Assembly: GCA_016748015.1 (NCBI GenBank)
Contig: JAAOMT010000603.1
Coordinates: forward strand, 477,532-541,531
DNA length: 64,000 nt
Direction of reading: 5' to 3'
Origin: Geosiphon pyriformis uo1
Taxonomy: Eukaryota > Fungi > Glomeromycota
Shown here: piece by piece, positions 11,836 to 24,861 of the stretch
Layout of the letters: each line of letters starts with the position of its first letter
How positions within the stretch are numbered: position 1 is the first letter of the stretch
Translations under genes and position numbers: made by a program
Notes under the pieces: model-generated
What the model saw: only the letters and a program-made list of their open reading frames with translations
Told to the model about the DNA's origin: nothing
The model's database searches: none

Positions 11836-14800
11836 TCAATACCCAGGACCCATTTGCCACGTAGGGCCAGCTAAAGGATAGCCGTGTATTGGAGTACCAT
11901 ATTGCGAGAGATATGGGGATGGATATTGCATTTGAGCCTGGGGAAGGTCATGCGAATGGCCTTGGGTTTGTGATGAGGGTGATATTATCGGATATCCCAT
12001 ATGATGATAAACAGGAGACATACCCGGCATCGGGGCAGGAACGGAATTATGGGGAGCCGACGGTTGAGGAACACTTTGCGCTTGCGGCGTAGTAAGATAA
12101 CCAGTTTGTTGGACGGTTTGATTCGGTTTTGCGACATTTGGTTGTGTTGTGGGATATCCATTTGGTATTGTTGTAGGATACCAATATTGATTCATTGAAT
12201 TGAAAGAAGATTGTGTTTTTGGATAAGTTTGCTGCATTGGAGGGGTGGAAGCTCGTTGAATTTGTTGATGAATCGAATTATGTTTTGGCTGTTGATTCGA
12301 AGAGTTTTGTGCCATTGGCGGTTGATTTGAAGAACTTTGTGAGATGTGCTGTTGATTCGAAGAATGAAGTGAAACTTGGTGTTGTTGAGTCAAAGGATGT
12401 TGATTGTTTGTTTGCTGAGTGAAGGAATGATGTTGTATTTGTTGCTGAGTGGAGGGATATAATGTTTGCTGTGCTTGCTGCTTTATTGGGTATGAAACCT
12501 GATGCGTGCTAATATATCCAGAAACTTGAGCTGTGGGATACTGCGATTGTGAAGTTGCTTTATATGGAAGTTGTGATACAACCGTATGGTTGGAATTAAT
12601 CGGATGGCCAGATGGTCTTGTATATGTATTAGGTGATAAAGAAGGATTAGATATAGGATAAGGCGACTGAATAGGTACAACCGGTTGAAATTTTCTTCCT
12701 ATTTGAATTTTAACTTGTGAGGGGGGAACGGCTGTCGCATTTGTAATCAGACCAGAATGGTCTCCATTATTAGTTGGATATCCATAAGGCTTATTGGGAG
12801 GAAGACCCCCTTTAAACGCCGGCTCTTTCAATGGGATTTGACTTGCCGTTTTTTCGATATCTTGTAACGACACAAGTAGAAATGGGGGAACTTGCAATGT
12901 CAAGTTAACCAAAGTCTTCTCCAAAATGGAGGCTATAAAGGTAAAGAAAGAATTGATAATTGATAATTGATAGAGGTTTCAAACATATTTTTTAAGTGAA
13001 TCTTCAGATAAATACCAATTTCTCTCTCACGCGGAGAGATATAATCAGGATCTTGAGAAAATCTTTCTTCCTGCAGCCGTTGAAGCTCACAAATAAGTGC
13101 TGCATTTTCTTCTAGTTCTTTGTTGATTTGATTTTGAGAATTTTCGTCTGTTCTTGAAAAGAGTTTATCCTTATCACTAGTTTTAACTTGGTTTTCCTCA
13201 TTCTCAAGAGCTTTCAGTAAAAGACCAACATCAATCCCCTCTTCCAAAAATAATTGGTTGTCAATCTCCATTTCATTATCGTTGCAAGGCTGTGTAAAGT
13301 TTTCGATAACATTTGCTACCTCATTTACTGCTTTGTCGATTCCTCTTGAAGGAAGCATGCCATTTTGAAACGAGACACTATTGTTCATATTAGTATTATC
13401 TGAAATCTCTTTCTTATTATTGGCAACATTATCGTTGTTGAAAGAATCACTATGGTTTCTTGATTGATATTCATTCTTCCCGTACTTAGGATGTTGTAAT
13501 AGAGCAATGTCTTCTAGAGAGACCATAGAATTTGCAGTGTCAAATGTGGGGGCGAATGAGGAATAGGGACCATAATTAAGAGTTTTTACTGAAATATAAA
13601 AATTTTGTAAGAGGGAATGTTAAGCGATTAAATTTAAAAAAAATCAAAAATTTGAAAATCTTCATACCACCAGGGAGAACAATTTCGGGTTTGTGCTGTA
13701 CTTTTATTTGATGAGTCGCAGGCAAGACGGAACCAAGAGTTGGAACTGTATTTTCATCCAAAGATTGAGTAGGAATAATCGCCACTGGTCTAATATCCCC
13801 GGCTATAAAATGAAAATATTTAGCATCATCAATTAATATCTCATTACAGTTGAGCTTGGGAGTTTTTAGATTGGATACCTAGATAAAGTTTGCTATTTTT
13901 TAATGATGTGCGCTTTCGCGTACTGGAAAAAAAGTATCCATCAGTCGCTTTCTGATATAAAGCAATTTTGGTGGGTCGTCGAGGAACTTGATTTTATCAA
14001 GAAAATCAGTAATATATTTATCGTCATATAGATCAATGATCTTTTCTTAAAGACTTAGTTAAACTACTCACATTCGTTATCTTTAATTTTGGGTGGTGGT
14101 GGAGTAGCAGCAGCAGCTTTAGAAGGGATCGAAGAAACATTAGACCCATTTTCAAAAGGGGTGGTAGTCTGAGAAGGAGCTGTAGAGATACAAGATCCAT
14201 TTGAGACATCAGTAGGAACTTGAGAAGGAGCCGTAGGAATATGTGGTATAGTTGAAACTTCAGTTACAGCCTGAGAAGAAACCGTAGAAATATTGTGCTT
14301 CTTTTGAAAGGTAGTTACCCCCGGAGGTGATGTAGGGATAAGGGATTCACTTTGAAACGTATCAGACACCTGAGGAGGAGGAGTTATAGAAATATGTGAT
14401 CCATTTTGAATAGTACTTGTCACTTGAGAAGGAGGGGTAGAGATATGTAATTCATTTTGAAAATTACAAGAGGCCTCAGAAGGAACGGTAGAGATGTCCG
14501 ATCCATTTTGAAATGTATTAAGGGCTTGTGGAGAAGTCATTGAATCATTAGACTCAATTTGGGTAGCAGTGACCACTCGAGGAGAAACCGTAGGGAACTG
14601 AGGTTCATTTTGAGCAGTGATATCTGATTGAGGAGGAACAGTAGGGATCGGAGATACATTTTGAGAAGGAATAACTGACTCGGGAGGATCTAGAAGGATG
14701 CTTGGTTCATTCTCGACAACAGCTGCAGCCGCAAGAAGTATTGTAAGATTTTGGCTATTTTGAAGAGCTGTAGCGGCCTGAGCAAGAGCTGTAGCTGTAG

Positions 14801-15038
14801 CTGTAGTGTTAAGAACTCCATTTTGAATAACAGTGGAATTAATATAAGCTTCTGGGGGAGAACTTGTGATTACAGGTTCTTTCTCTTGGGTTTCTTCTTC
14901 ATGACCACCTTTTATTCGTTTAGATTGAGGGATTATTTCTTCGTCTGAAATCTGTTGTCGTTTGGAACTAGTTGTAGTGTGTTGAGTTGTTGAGTTACCG
15001 TTTGATGAAGTTGTTGTAGTGGTTGTTGTAGCCACCAT
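11836..15038 (-). CDS. BRD7/BRD9 C-terminal (DUF3512)/Rsc58-like chromatin-remodelling subunit, ~5 exons, no bromodomain seen
   Basis: ATG at 15038 and GT-AG introns join ORFs 14064-15107, 13576-13785, 12933-13526 and 11836-12924. Motifs LNYGPYSSFAPTFDTANS (~13580-13527), LEENAALICELQRLQEERF and LVNLTLQVPPFLLVSLQDIEK resemble the BRD7/9 and Rsc58 C-terminal region. The tail is Q/P-rich. Confidence 0.65.
14120..14700 (-). repeat. Coding tandem repeat, ~17 aa (~51 bp) unit, about 8-10 degenerate copies
   Basis: Examples: NTFQNGSDISTVPSEAS / CNFQNELHISTPPSQVT / STIQNGSHISITPPPQVS / TDVSNGSCISTAPSQTT / TPFENGSNVSSIPSKAA. Confidence 0.75.
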
Positions 15039-16823
15039 GATCGCGTTCTGGAAAATGAGAAAGACGTGTAGTGTCGGTTTGTAAAATATAGACTTTATCA
15101 CTGTCACTCAATATTATATAAGGGGTTTGACCCCTGAATATTCTTTGTTTATTTCAAAGAGTTTTTGTGTCGTCAAAAGAATATGAACTTTATCGATTCG
15201 AGAGGTTGTGTGAAATTCTAAATTTTGGGTAGAACCAAAAGTCGCGAGCTTTTTGAGTATTAAAAAATAGAAATCTTCTGGATGCTCCGAGGCCCGTTTT
15301 ACAAGTGAAAATGAAACGCGAGATTTCCAAAATTGACAGTCACAGTTAGAGTAGTAAAAATTAGGCAGATCGAAGCATGTTTAGTAAACTACCACGAAGT
15401 CAGTTTAGAGCCCTTGTTATACTATTATTATTATTATTAAGAGAATATCGCCCTATCAATAGTTGGAAAGAAGATTATTCCGTTGCCCACTTTACAAAGT
15501 TTGAAAGAATCTGGCCAAACAAACAATAAAAACGAATTATTTTGTGAGACAAGTACCCTTTTTTTTTTTGAGACACACACGTGACTGACTACGTGATATT
15601 ATATGTATGAGTTTTTCGCTGGTGTTACGAGAATGATGGAATCAATTCGTAGTGGGTTGAAGAGAGAATTTTTGAATTTCTCAACATAAAATGAATCGAA
15701 ATACATCTCAATTGAATATCATCCCGAAGCTAGTGAAGGGTGATTGGATAAAAATGATTTATATATCTTGATTATTTACAAAGGACGTTATAATATACTC
15801 GAGAGAGAAATTGAACGCTTGTTTTAAGATTTTTCAAATTTGAAGCTAAATGTAGAATATCATCATAGGAAAATAGTGAATTATTAAAAAGTAATTAAGA
15901 GCCGATAAAATTAAATTTCTCAAATTAAATATGTGGATCAAAATACATCTCTGATAACATGAATTCCTCAAAGCTAATATTTAATAATCAAAATGATTAT
16001 TAAATATTAAAGGTGGGATTAAAAAGTCTTGCTCCATTCTCCAAATAAAACCAGTCTTTAAGCTTCCTCACCTATAACTGAGAAGTATCGTGTGTTAAAA
16101 TTAATTAGTGAAAATTCTCATCATATTTAAAGGATATAAAAGTACTGAACAAATAAGAACCATTTCCAAAGACAGCAATATAACTAATTCCTTCAAAGGT
16201 CAGATACCGTACGTAGTCATTTTTGTCACCATCACACATTCAAAAATGAATTTGAATAATTTGGAGACGATTGTAGGCTTTTCATCATTTTTGTGCTGTC
16301 TTTGGAATTAGCATATTCTATATACTAAGCTGAAAAGCTCAGAAAATTAAAATGCATACTTATTATCTTTTCGTTTGTTAGAAACAACATCGTAACTGAA
16401 TACAATGACCGTTTCTTTTGTCGAGTAAGTAAGTAGAACCTCTTTTCAAAAGGAATTTTTTGAAGTTGAAAATTATTTTTTTTGGCAAAATCTATTCGGA
16501 TCTTGTTTCAAAAAATTTTTTAACCCTGGCCAAAATGATATTGGTCTGCAGAAAAATGGAACAGCGTACAGCGGAAATTTCCGGATTAAGCTGTGAGGCT
16601 GATTAATCCTTGTCTTTTTTTTTTTTTTTTTTTGCCACAACTCCTATTAATTTGACACGTTCAATGGTCCAATTACCACGCGAATTAATGCTTCGCAGCA
16701 TTCAAGCACTCAAAAATTTTCCCCCTCGGAGATATATTAATTAGAGATTTTATCTATATCTTGATCTTTTCTCTGATTTTTTATTTTTCTCTTCATCCTT
16801 CCCTCTCTTGTCTATAATTCATA

Positions 16824-18059
16824 ATGTCGGACCAAAAGAAAGGTGCTTCCTCCTTCCTAGTTGATTTTTTAATGGGTGGGGTTTCTGCGGCTGTCTCAAA
16901 AACTGCTGCTGCCCCTATTGAACGTGTCAAGCTCTTGATTCAGAACCAAGATGAGATGCTGAAAACTGGTCGTCTTGCTTCACCTTACAAGGGCATCGGC
17001 GATTGTTTCTCTCGTACCATTCGTGAAGAAGGTGCGCTTTCACTTTGGCGAGGAAACACTGCTAACGTCATTAGGTACTTCCCTACTCAAGCCTTGAACT
17101 TCGCCTTCAAGGATAAGTTCAAACGAATGTTCAACTACAAAAAAGAGAAGGATGGTTATACAAAAGTTTTCCTAGGGAATATTGCTTCTGGTGGTGCCGC
17201 CGGTGCTGTATCTTTGATGTTTGTGTACTCGTTAGATTACGCTCGTACTCGTCTTGCCAATGACGCTAAGACCGCTAAAAAGGGTGGTGAACGTCAATTT
17301 AACGGTCTTATTGACGTTTACCGTAAGACTTATCAGTCAGATGGCATTATCGGTCTTTATAGAGGTATTTTTAATATTAAATATATCTTTGATTGAGATG
17401 AATTAATTTTTCTGTTGAACACTTTTTAATCTCATGATTTAATTCTTTTTTTAAGGATTCAACATCTCTTGCGTTGGAATTGTTATTTATAGAGGTATAT
17501 AGTAAAACCTATTCATGATTGGGCTATTATATTAAAATAATATTTGGACTTGTTTGATTAACTTTTCTATTTGTTTTAATAGGTTTATATTTCGGCATGT
17601 ATGATTCGTTGAAGCCGATTGTTCTTCGGGGAAATCTTCAAGATCAATTCTTGCCAAGGTACTCATCAGATCTTCATGCATTTACTCGCCTTAATGGATT
17701 ACTACTTAATCATTAATTACTTTCGATCTTATCATATTTTTTTAATTGAATAAATTTTATTTTTTTTTCTTTTCTAAAGTTTCTTACTTGGTTGGTGTAT
17801 TACCATCGGTGCTGGATTAGCCTCTTATCCTATTGACACTATTCGTCGTCGTATGATGATGACTTCGGGTGAAGCTGTCAAATATAAGTCTTCGTATCAT
17901 GCCTTCAAGGAGATTGTCGCAAAAGAAGGAACAAGGTCTTTGTTCAAAGGTGCTGGTGCCAACATTCTTCGTGCTATTGCTGGTGCTGGTGTATTGGCTG
18001 GATATGATAAACTTCAAATAGTCTTTTTCGGCAAAGCTTACAAAGGCGGCTCTGGATAA
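16824..18059 (+). CDS. AAC: Mitochondrial ADP/ATP carrier, 4 exons (~16824-17364, 17456-17494, 17583-17658, 17780-18059)
   Basis: Contains [51 protein letters not shown] and the RRRMMM signature. Introns are canonical. Confidence 0.97.
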
Positions 18060-18901
18060 AGAAGTGTTCTTTTCCCCGGCGTTCGACCATAAAAATATAT
18101 AAATTCTTTGATCTGAAACTTCAGTACTATTATAGACATTTCTATAGATAGAAATTCAATTATTATTGTCTCATAAAAAATTCAAATAATATCTTGTTCT
18201 TTGCATAGTCAATAGCAATATCATTATTGTTTGGTGGCAGAATTCATTTTATTAAGAAAGGATTTTAAACTTATTTAAAAGGCATTATATAAAAATATTT
18301 TTAAAAATACCCGAGGAAAATTTATCTTAATCAAATTTCAATCACAACAGATGATCTCTTTTTGATCGAGGACTTTGAATTCTACATCAAAAATTTACGA
18401 ATAAAGTCTTGTACTTCAAAATGGGTTTTTAATTCAAAAGCCTAATTAGAATCCCCAAAATGATGGGCCTTATTCTAGTTCTTTTTTGATAATTATTCGG
18501 AAGATTAACAAAATCTTGCACACGAGCTCACATCTTTTCCCGCAACGAATGTTTTTTTTGGCAGACTCTGAAAGGCCTGCAATAAATGGATTTGTTTTGT
18601 GGGTCTCATATGCATTGTGAAGATTAAGTTTTGAAGGATATTGTACAAATGGGTTAAAGTGTGAAGAGTCCAAATGAAAAGAACGCTACTCAAAAAATTG
18701 TCAATGAAACTAGGATATTACTGAGTTAATACTTTTTAAAGAAGTAATTTCTGTGGCTCTAAAATTTTAAATTTGAATGCTATAAAGGGAAAACTGTACA
18801 AAAAATTACGAGGTATTATCATACCGCTGCACCCTTACATCCCAGTATAAAAAACGTGCTTTCCTTGATATAAAAACATATAAAACTGTACAAGATTAGG
18901 G

Positions 18902-18956
18902 AATACGTGGATTACTGTTGTAGTTAATATTTGCGGACAACAGTAATCCACGTATT
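18902..18956. repeat. Perfect 20-bp inverted repeat with a 15-nt loop
   Basis: AATACGTGGATTACTGTTGT (18902-18921) and its exact reverse complement ACAACAGTAATCCACGTATT (18937-18956). Confidence 0.95.
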
Positions 18957-18973
18957 ACCAAAAGCTATATCTT

Positions 18974-21453
18974 CTAATTAATTATTTGATTTTCACTTGA
19001 AAGTTGAGATGAGGAACTTGTAACCTGCGAAGTATGCAATGAGGTTACAAGTTCTATTTGGGAAGATTCTAATTGGTGTTGGAGATGCGGAACTTGAATT
19101 TTTGCTGAAACTGGTTGCTGTTGATTTCTCAAAACAGTTTCTAATTGCTGTTTTAAAGCCCGAAAGTCATTAATTTCATTTCTCGTACTTTCATTAGCTA
19201 ATCTGTTGCAGAGATTGGTTAATGGAGTGGTCGAGTTTTTCTGTTCAAAATTAAAAGTTAATTAATTTATTTGTGGATTTGATGTTCGAAACTCAAGAAT
19301 TCGAATTTATATTACCTCTGCCCCTCTTTTTAATAGTGTGTTAAATTTGTCAATAAGTACTTTCCGTCTTTTCACCACACCTAGACCAGCCTTCATCTCT
19401 ATTTAAAATTGAGTGTGAAAAAAAATACTTAAATCGAGTGAACTTTGGATTATTGATACTCGCATAAATGGAACCATGGAATCTTTTGATACATTGTAAA
19501 ATTTTACCTTCTAATTCTGATGTCGTATCGTTCGATCTAAGTTCCTCCTCAGGATATTGGAATATATGATAAGGTAATAATCTTTTGGTAACATCTTCGA
19601 ATGATTCGAAAGGTGTTTTATAATCGGGACACAAAACGGCTTGTTGATCACGTGCTATTGCCTGAAGAAATCTTGAAGTTTATTGAAAAAGGTTTCAATT
19701 TTTACTAGTTTGTTTGACTGGCATCAAAGAAAGAAGATCCATATATGCCTACCTTTGACCGATATCTTCCTCAGGAGTCATAGGTTGATTCATTCTTGGG
19801 TAAAGCTCTGTGGTTTGCATATGCGTAATTGGTTGTGCTATTATTCTAGGACCTTCTTGAAGCTCCATAGTTCTTGATATTTGGGATTGACCACACTGAT
19901 TATCAGATATACCTTCATCATCTGGGGTCATCTGCTGACGCGGCCTTTTTTTAGAGTATTTTCCGGTTTTAGTATATTTTCGGGTTATCTTAAAATCTTT
20001 AGACGTATCAGAGTTTATTTCAGATGCATTAAGCGGACCATTTGATGGGGGCGGCGAACTAACGGGTATTACTAATGGCCTAACTGTTCGAGGTATCGAT
20101 AGATTAATGCTTGTAGGCAACTGGGGTGCTGGATTTGCATTTAATGCAATTGGAATATGGGCTTCTATTGAGGGTTGAGATTTAGAAACTTGTGTTGCAG
20201 TCGGAATCGATAGCACAGGTTGGGAAGGCGAAGATTGTGGCATAATAGGTCTATTAGACCCTGTTTGAATCCCGGTACGAGGTATCGAGAAACTAGATGG
20301 TTGCGGTATGCTATGTTGAGAATGATTATTTGGATTTAGTGCAGGTGGAGAATGCACTTCTATTGAAGCTTCAGATTTAGATGCTTGCGCAGCAGCTTGT
20401 GGCACGATAACTCTATTGATTCCTAATTGAATACCAGACGGCTGTTTTAATGATGTTGAGGATGATACAGGCTGTTGAATCATGGATGGTCGATGAGTTG
20501 TTGTATTGGATGTCCCGATTTTTGATTGATCAATTGATGCTGCGGTTGCTGGTGCTGTTAATTGTTGAGCAGTGGTTTTTCCGGGAGGGTTATTATCTGG
20601 GATTACAACATTTTGGTGAAGGGCTTTGATCTTTTCAAGCAATATCTCTCTTTTATGGGGTTCGAGTGATTGCACTGACATGTTTCCATGAAGCTTGTAA
20701 ACTATTTGCCCATCTTTCTGGACCATTAATACCGGAATACCAGCCAATTCAAGTTCCCTCACTACATGTTGATTGGAGTTATCAAATTGATTGCTCTTTT
20801 GCTGTGAAGGCATAAGCATACCATTTGAGTTTGTTTTAGTTGTAGATGTCGATTTGCAATTGTTATTTGATGAGATGCCAGATCGCGAGAGGCTTTTGGC
20901 TTTGAATGTGAGATGAGGATTTACCCGCCCATTCAATTTAGATGGTACTTTTAATTGCGCCTTCTTTTCATTAACCCCAAAATCAGAGTTATGGATCGTT
21001 TGAGTGTTATGGGTTACAGGAACTTTTGGCGTCTGAGAAAGTGAGTTTTTTTGGGTATTTGCAGAGAGCTGGATAGATACCTATAGAAATATAGCAATTG
21101 TTTTCATTTTAAACTAGTCTTAAATCGAGGGATGTTCAGATGATTGGAAGCTTATAACTTCACTGAAGTCATACCGATTCAGCAGGTTTTCTAAAGTTTT
21201 CCGGTGGTCGGGTCATTTCCTCGGTAACTTTACAAATGCTACCTTGTAACTGCAAGAGTTTCTCTTCTGTGGATGAACGACCATTATTTCGTTCGCTTTC
21301 TCCGCGTGGAGAATTTTCTTCCAGAATTTGACCATTTTGAAGGCGGGAATTTGCCGGTTGCGAAGGTAGGTGATTTTGATCTGCTGAAGTTTGCTGGATC
21401 TCTTCTGAAGATTGGTTTGTAGCTAAAGTGCAGTTGAAATTGGTGCGGACCAT
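18974..21453 (-). CDS. GLTSCR1/BICRA-domain protein, ~5 exons
   Basis: DQQAVLCPDYKTPFESFEDVTKRLLPYHIFQYPEEEL is the GLTSCR1 domain motif. It has a long P/S/Q-rich exon and a basic RKYTKTGKYSKKR segment. GT-AG joins lead to a TAG at 18974. Confidence 0.8.
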
Positions 21454-21759
21454 ATTTTCTGACGCTTTAGAGTGATTATATGTATATCGAGCAACGAACA
21501 AGTTAGAAAAAGGCCCAGTTTTTTCGCTGATGGTGAAGGAAAAAAGATAGTTGCGAAATTGGAATGCAAGTTTAAAATTTTGCTAGTAATCTTATTACCA
21601 GTTAAGTAATATGGAGAAAAATTGCACCCTAAAATTATGATATAGGACTTAACAAAGCACCATAAAGCAAGGAATGCAAGAGTTTTAATGCCGCGTTGCC
21701 TTATCGGTTGGTTGTAAAGTTGGTGATACGTCACCAACTTCATTCTGAGTGTGTACGTG

Positions 21760-22380
21760 TATAAAAAATTTAATATTGTTTTTTTATTATTTATTATATA
21801 ATATTATATTATTTTTATAATTTTTATATATTTTAAAAAATAATATTCAGATAAATAAATAATTATATTATTAAGAAATAAAAATAAATTGTTATAATAA
21901 ATTATTAAATTTAAAATAATAATAATAAAAAAATAAAAAATAAATTATATTTGTTAAAATAAAAAAATAGAATTAATTTTTATTCAATATAATTTATAAT
22001 AATATTAAATTTCTTATTTCATTTTTGATTTATAATTATTTGTTATAAATTATTTTATTAATTTAAATTTTATTAATAAATACAAAGTACTATATGCATT
22101 TTGTTTTTTTATATTACATAAACAAGACTTTTTTATTTTTATATATTTAAAAAATTTTGAATTAAATTATTCATTAAATTTAAACAAAAAAATATCCATT
22201 ATTAAAAATAATAGAAAATAAAATAAAGTTTTGTTTTAAAATAAATATTGTGTTAAAATACAAAATAAACGAATAATAAAAATTATTATTTAAAATGCTA
22301 AAAACACTATATATTATATTAAAATTATTTTTCAATTTGAAAAAAATTTTCCATATTATTTTAAAAGTAAAAGGTTTTTG
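21760..22380. repeat. Sharp AT-rich island between genes, probably a decayed repeat
   Basis: Abrupt loss of G/C over ~600 bp inside the gene island. Confidence 0.5.
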
Positions 22381-24861
22381 ATGAGTCACATTTTTTTCTC
22401 CAATGAATAAAATTTAAAACACCATCAGCACAAAAAAAAAATTTTCAAAATTTCAACATGGTAAGCGCCGCTTTTTGTATTTTGATTCAACAAAACTAGA
22501 AAAAAATGATGACTATTGTAAAAAAATTTCAAACTAGAGTTTCCGAAAGTTCTTAAAATGAGCGAGAACATGCACAAATTGCTGATTCATTCCATAGTAT
22601 TTCTTTTACAGCATGATTTTTAGTATATGCTAACGGAATTTTGCTTTTGTTCTTGCCTCTACTTTCTTTATGAAGAACCCTTTTATCATGACCCCTAGAA
22701 GACCTCAGTGAGAAAACAACTTCAGGTACGCATAATTGTTCCTACCCATCTACTTTTCAGCACGCTATGATGATTCACTGCATTTATAAAATACGCTGGA
22801 ATTACCGGCTGAACTATAATGTTGAGAATAATTGCACTACAAAACACTGAGCCACAAGAAGCAGCCTATTCAGTTTAGCTTGATTGTTCTCGGATTTTGA
22901 AAATTTTTTGCTTTCATTTATTATTCTGTAGCTTCAATAACGTATCACATGGTCCAAATATCTAAAACAGAGTCTTGGATATTTAAACCTTATGAGTTAT
23001 TTTAAGGTAATTACTTATAATATTAATCTCCCAAACGTTAAATTTTATGCCAATTTGAACACACTTATAACTTGGCTCTCTTCATAGTGAAGGTAGATAT
23101 TATCAGACTCTTGATGGTATCTTTTTCTGTTGAATGAGGTCCAAAATCTTGGATCTCGCTTTTGGGTTCGACAATTTTCCTAATTAAATGTAAGTTTTTG
23201 GTTTTATATTTCTCTGTTTGTGGTCGGATTGATTTTGAGATGAGGAAACGCACTGGGCACTGAAAAAATTGATTGTGTTGATATTGCTTTTTGACCGGCC
23301 TAGAAAACCGGGTTTACTGATCCTAAAGTCAAAGTTTTTATCATTCTATGAAAATGTTTTTTTTTTTACTTAATACTTATCCCTTTGTTTCATCTAGTCT
23401 ATCTTTAATTCTAGAATATCAATTAAATTAAATTAATAATGTACAAGATATCAAGGTAAGTTATGAAAATATTTAATATTAATGAATTATTAAAACTAAT
23501 TAATTTATTCTTTAATGGAATATTCGTCTTCAAAGTTGAATTTCACCAAAAGGTAAGCTGTAATTATTATTTTTGATTCTATTGAGAAAATATGATGATT
23601 TTTGATGACGAGTCAGAAAGACAAACTGTTGAGATAAACTCTAATACCATTCATGCAAAACTGACTATTACTGGGCTCACAAATGAAATACAGATAGTTC
23701 TTATAAGATGAATACCTATTAACAAAACAACTTTTATCTATTACCAAGATGTAGTGAATTGAATACAATTATAGCGAGACTTCACACGCTGTTGATGGTG
23801 GATTCAGTTGATACACCAAGTTTGAAGGTATCTATTCATTTTATTTAGAAAAACATTTTACCTTTCTCGATCTGAAATAAGTTATATGGCAATTGATGAT
23901 TTACATTTATTGACAAGCATATGTCTGAATCTTGACTGTTGAAAATTTATTAATCTGATGCAAACTCATTTTTCGATTCCGATAATGTTTCGGCTGGAAT
24001 TCAAAAATCTAATTTTCTCCATGATCTTTTTTGAATAATATAAAGGTTTCATTCGCCAATTCCTATTGACAAACATTGTTGAACAATCACCCAAGCTAAA
24101 ATATAGGTATGTAACATTTTTTTCCCGTTACCACAGGTAGTGTATCTATAGTTTGCGAAATATGATGATATCAATTTTATCACGACGGTCTTATTAGACT
24201 TTATTGGTCGCTGATTAAACCGCCATCTTGGCATCTTTTCTGAAAATCCAATTTTATTGTTTTTTAAATCTAATTATGAATCAAAAGTATTTACTTCAAA
24301 TTACTTTCATTACCCGTTTTGGTTGGATTCTCCCTTTGAAAATAGATGACGATTCTTGAAGTCGGGAATAATTAGTTATCAAGAGATGATGTTCGATTTT
24401 TAATTGGGAAAAATAATCATCCAATCGAATCCAGGCTGTAAATTAATAGGGTTTAAATTTTCTGGAAGTGTTAACAATATAAAAAATTATATATTAAAAA
24501 GGTCCTGAAAACAAGAAACTACATTTTGAAAAAAGCATTGTCTCAATTTGATCGGCGATGGAAAAGCCGAAATGATCGATTAAAAAAAAAAATTTGTCCC
24601 AATCATACCGTTTCTCCACACAAAAAAGCCAATTAATACCCAATAATAGGTCTATGAAATAGAAGTTTTTTCACTTTAAACAAACACTTAACAAACACAT
24701 CACTCCCACTTTCTTTTGCGTCTAGAACCTACATAAAAGGGCTCTTTCCTCAAGTTAACTTCTTTCCTCTACATCTGCTGAATTTCCCTTCCAACTATTC
24801 AAAACAATAACTCAACAAGCGAAATAAATCAACTCAATAATACTCTTATTACCAAAGGAAA

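Noticed and set aside
18470-18693. Short ORFs between AAC and the GLTSCR1-like gene
   Set aside because: No recognisable motifs or convincing gene structure.
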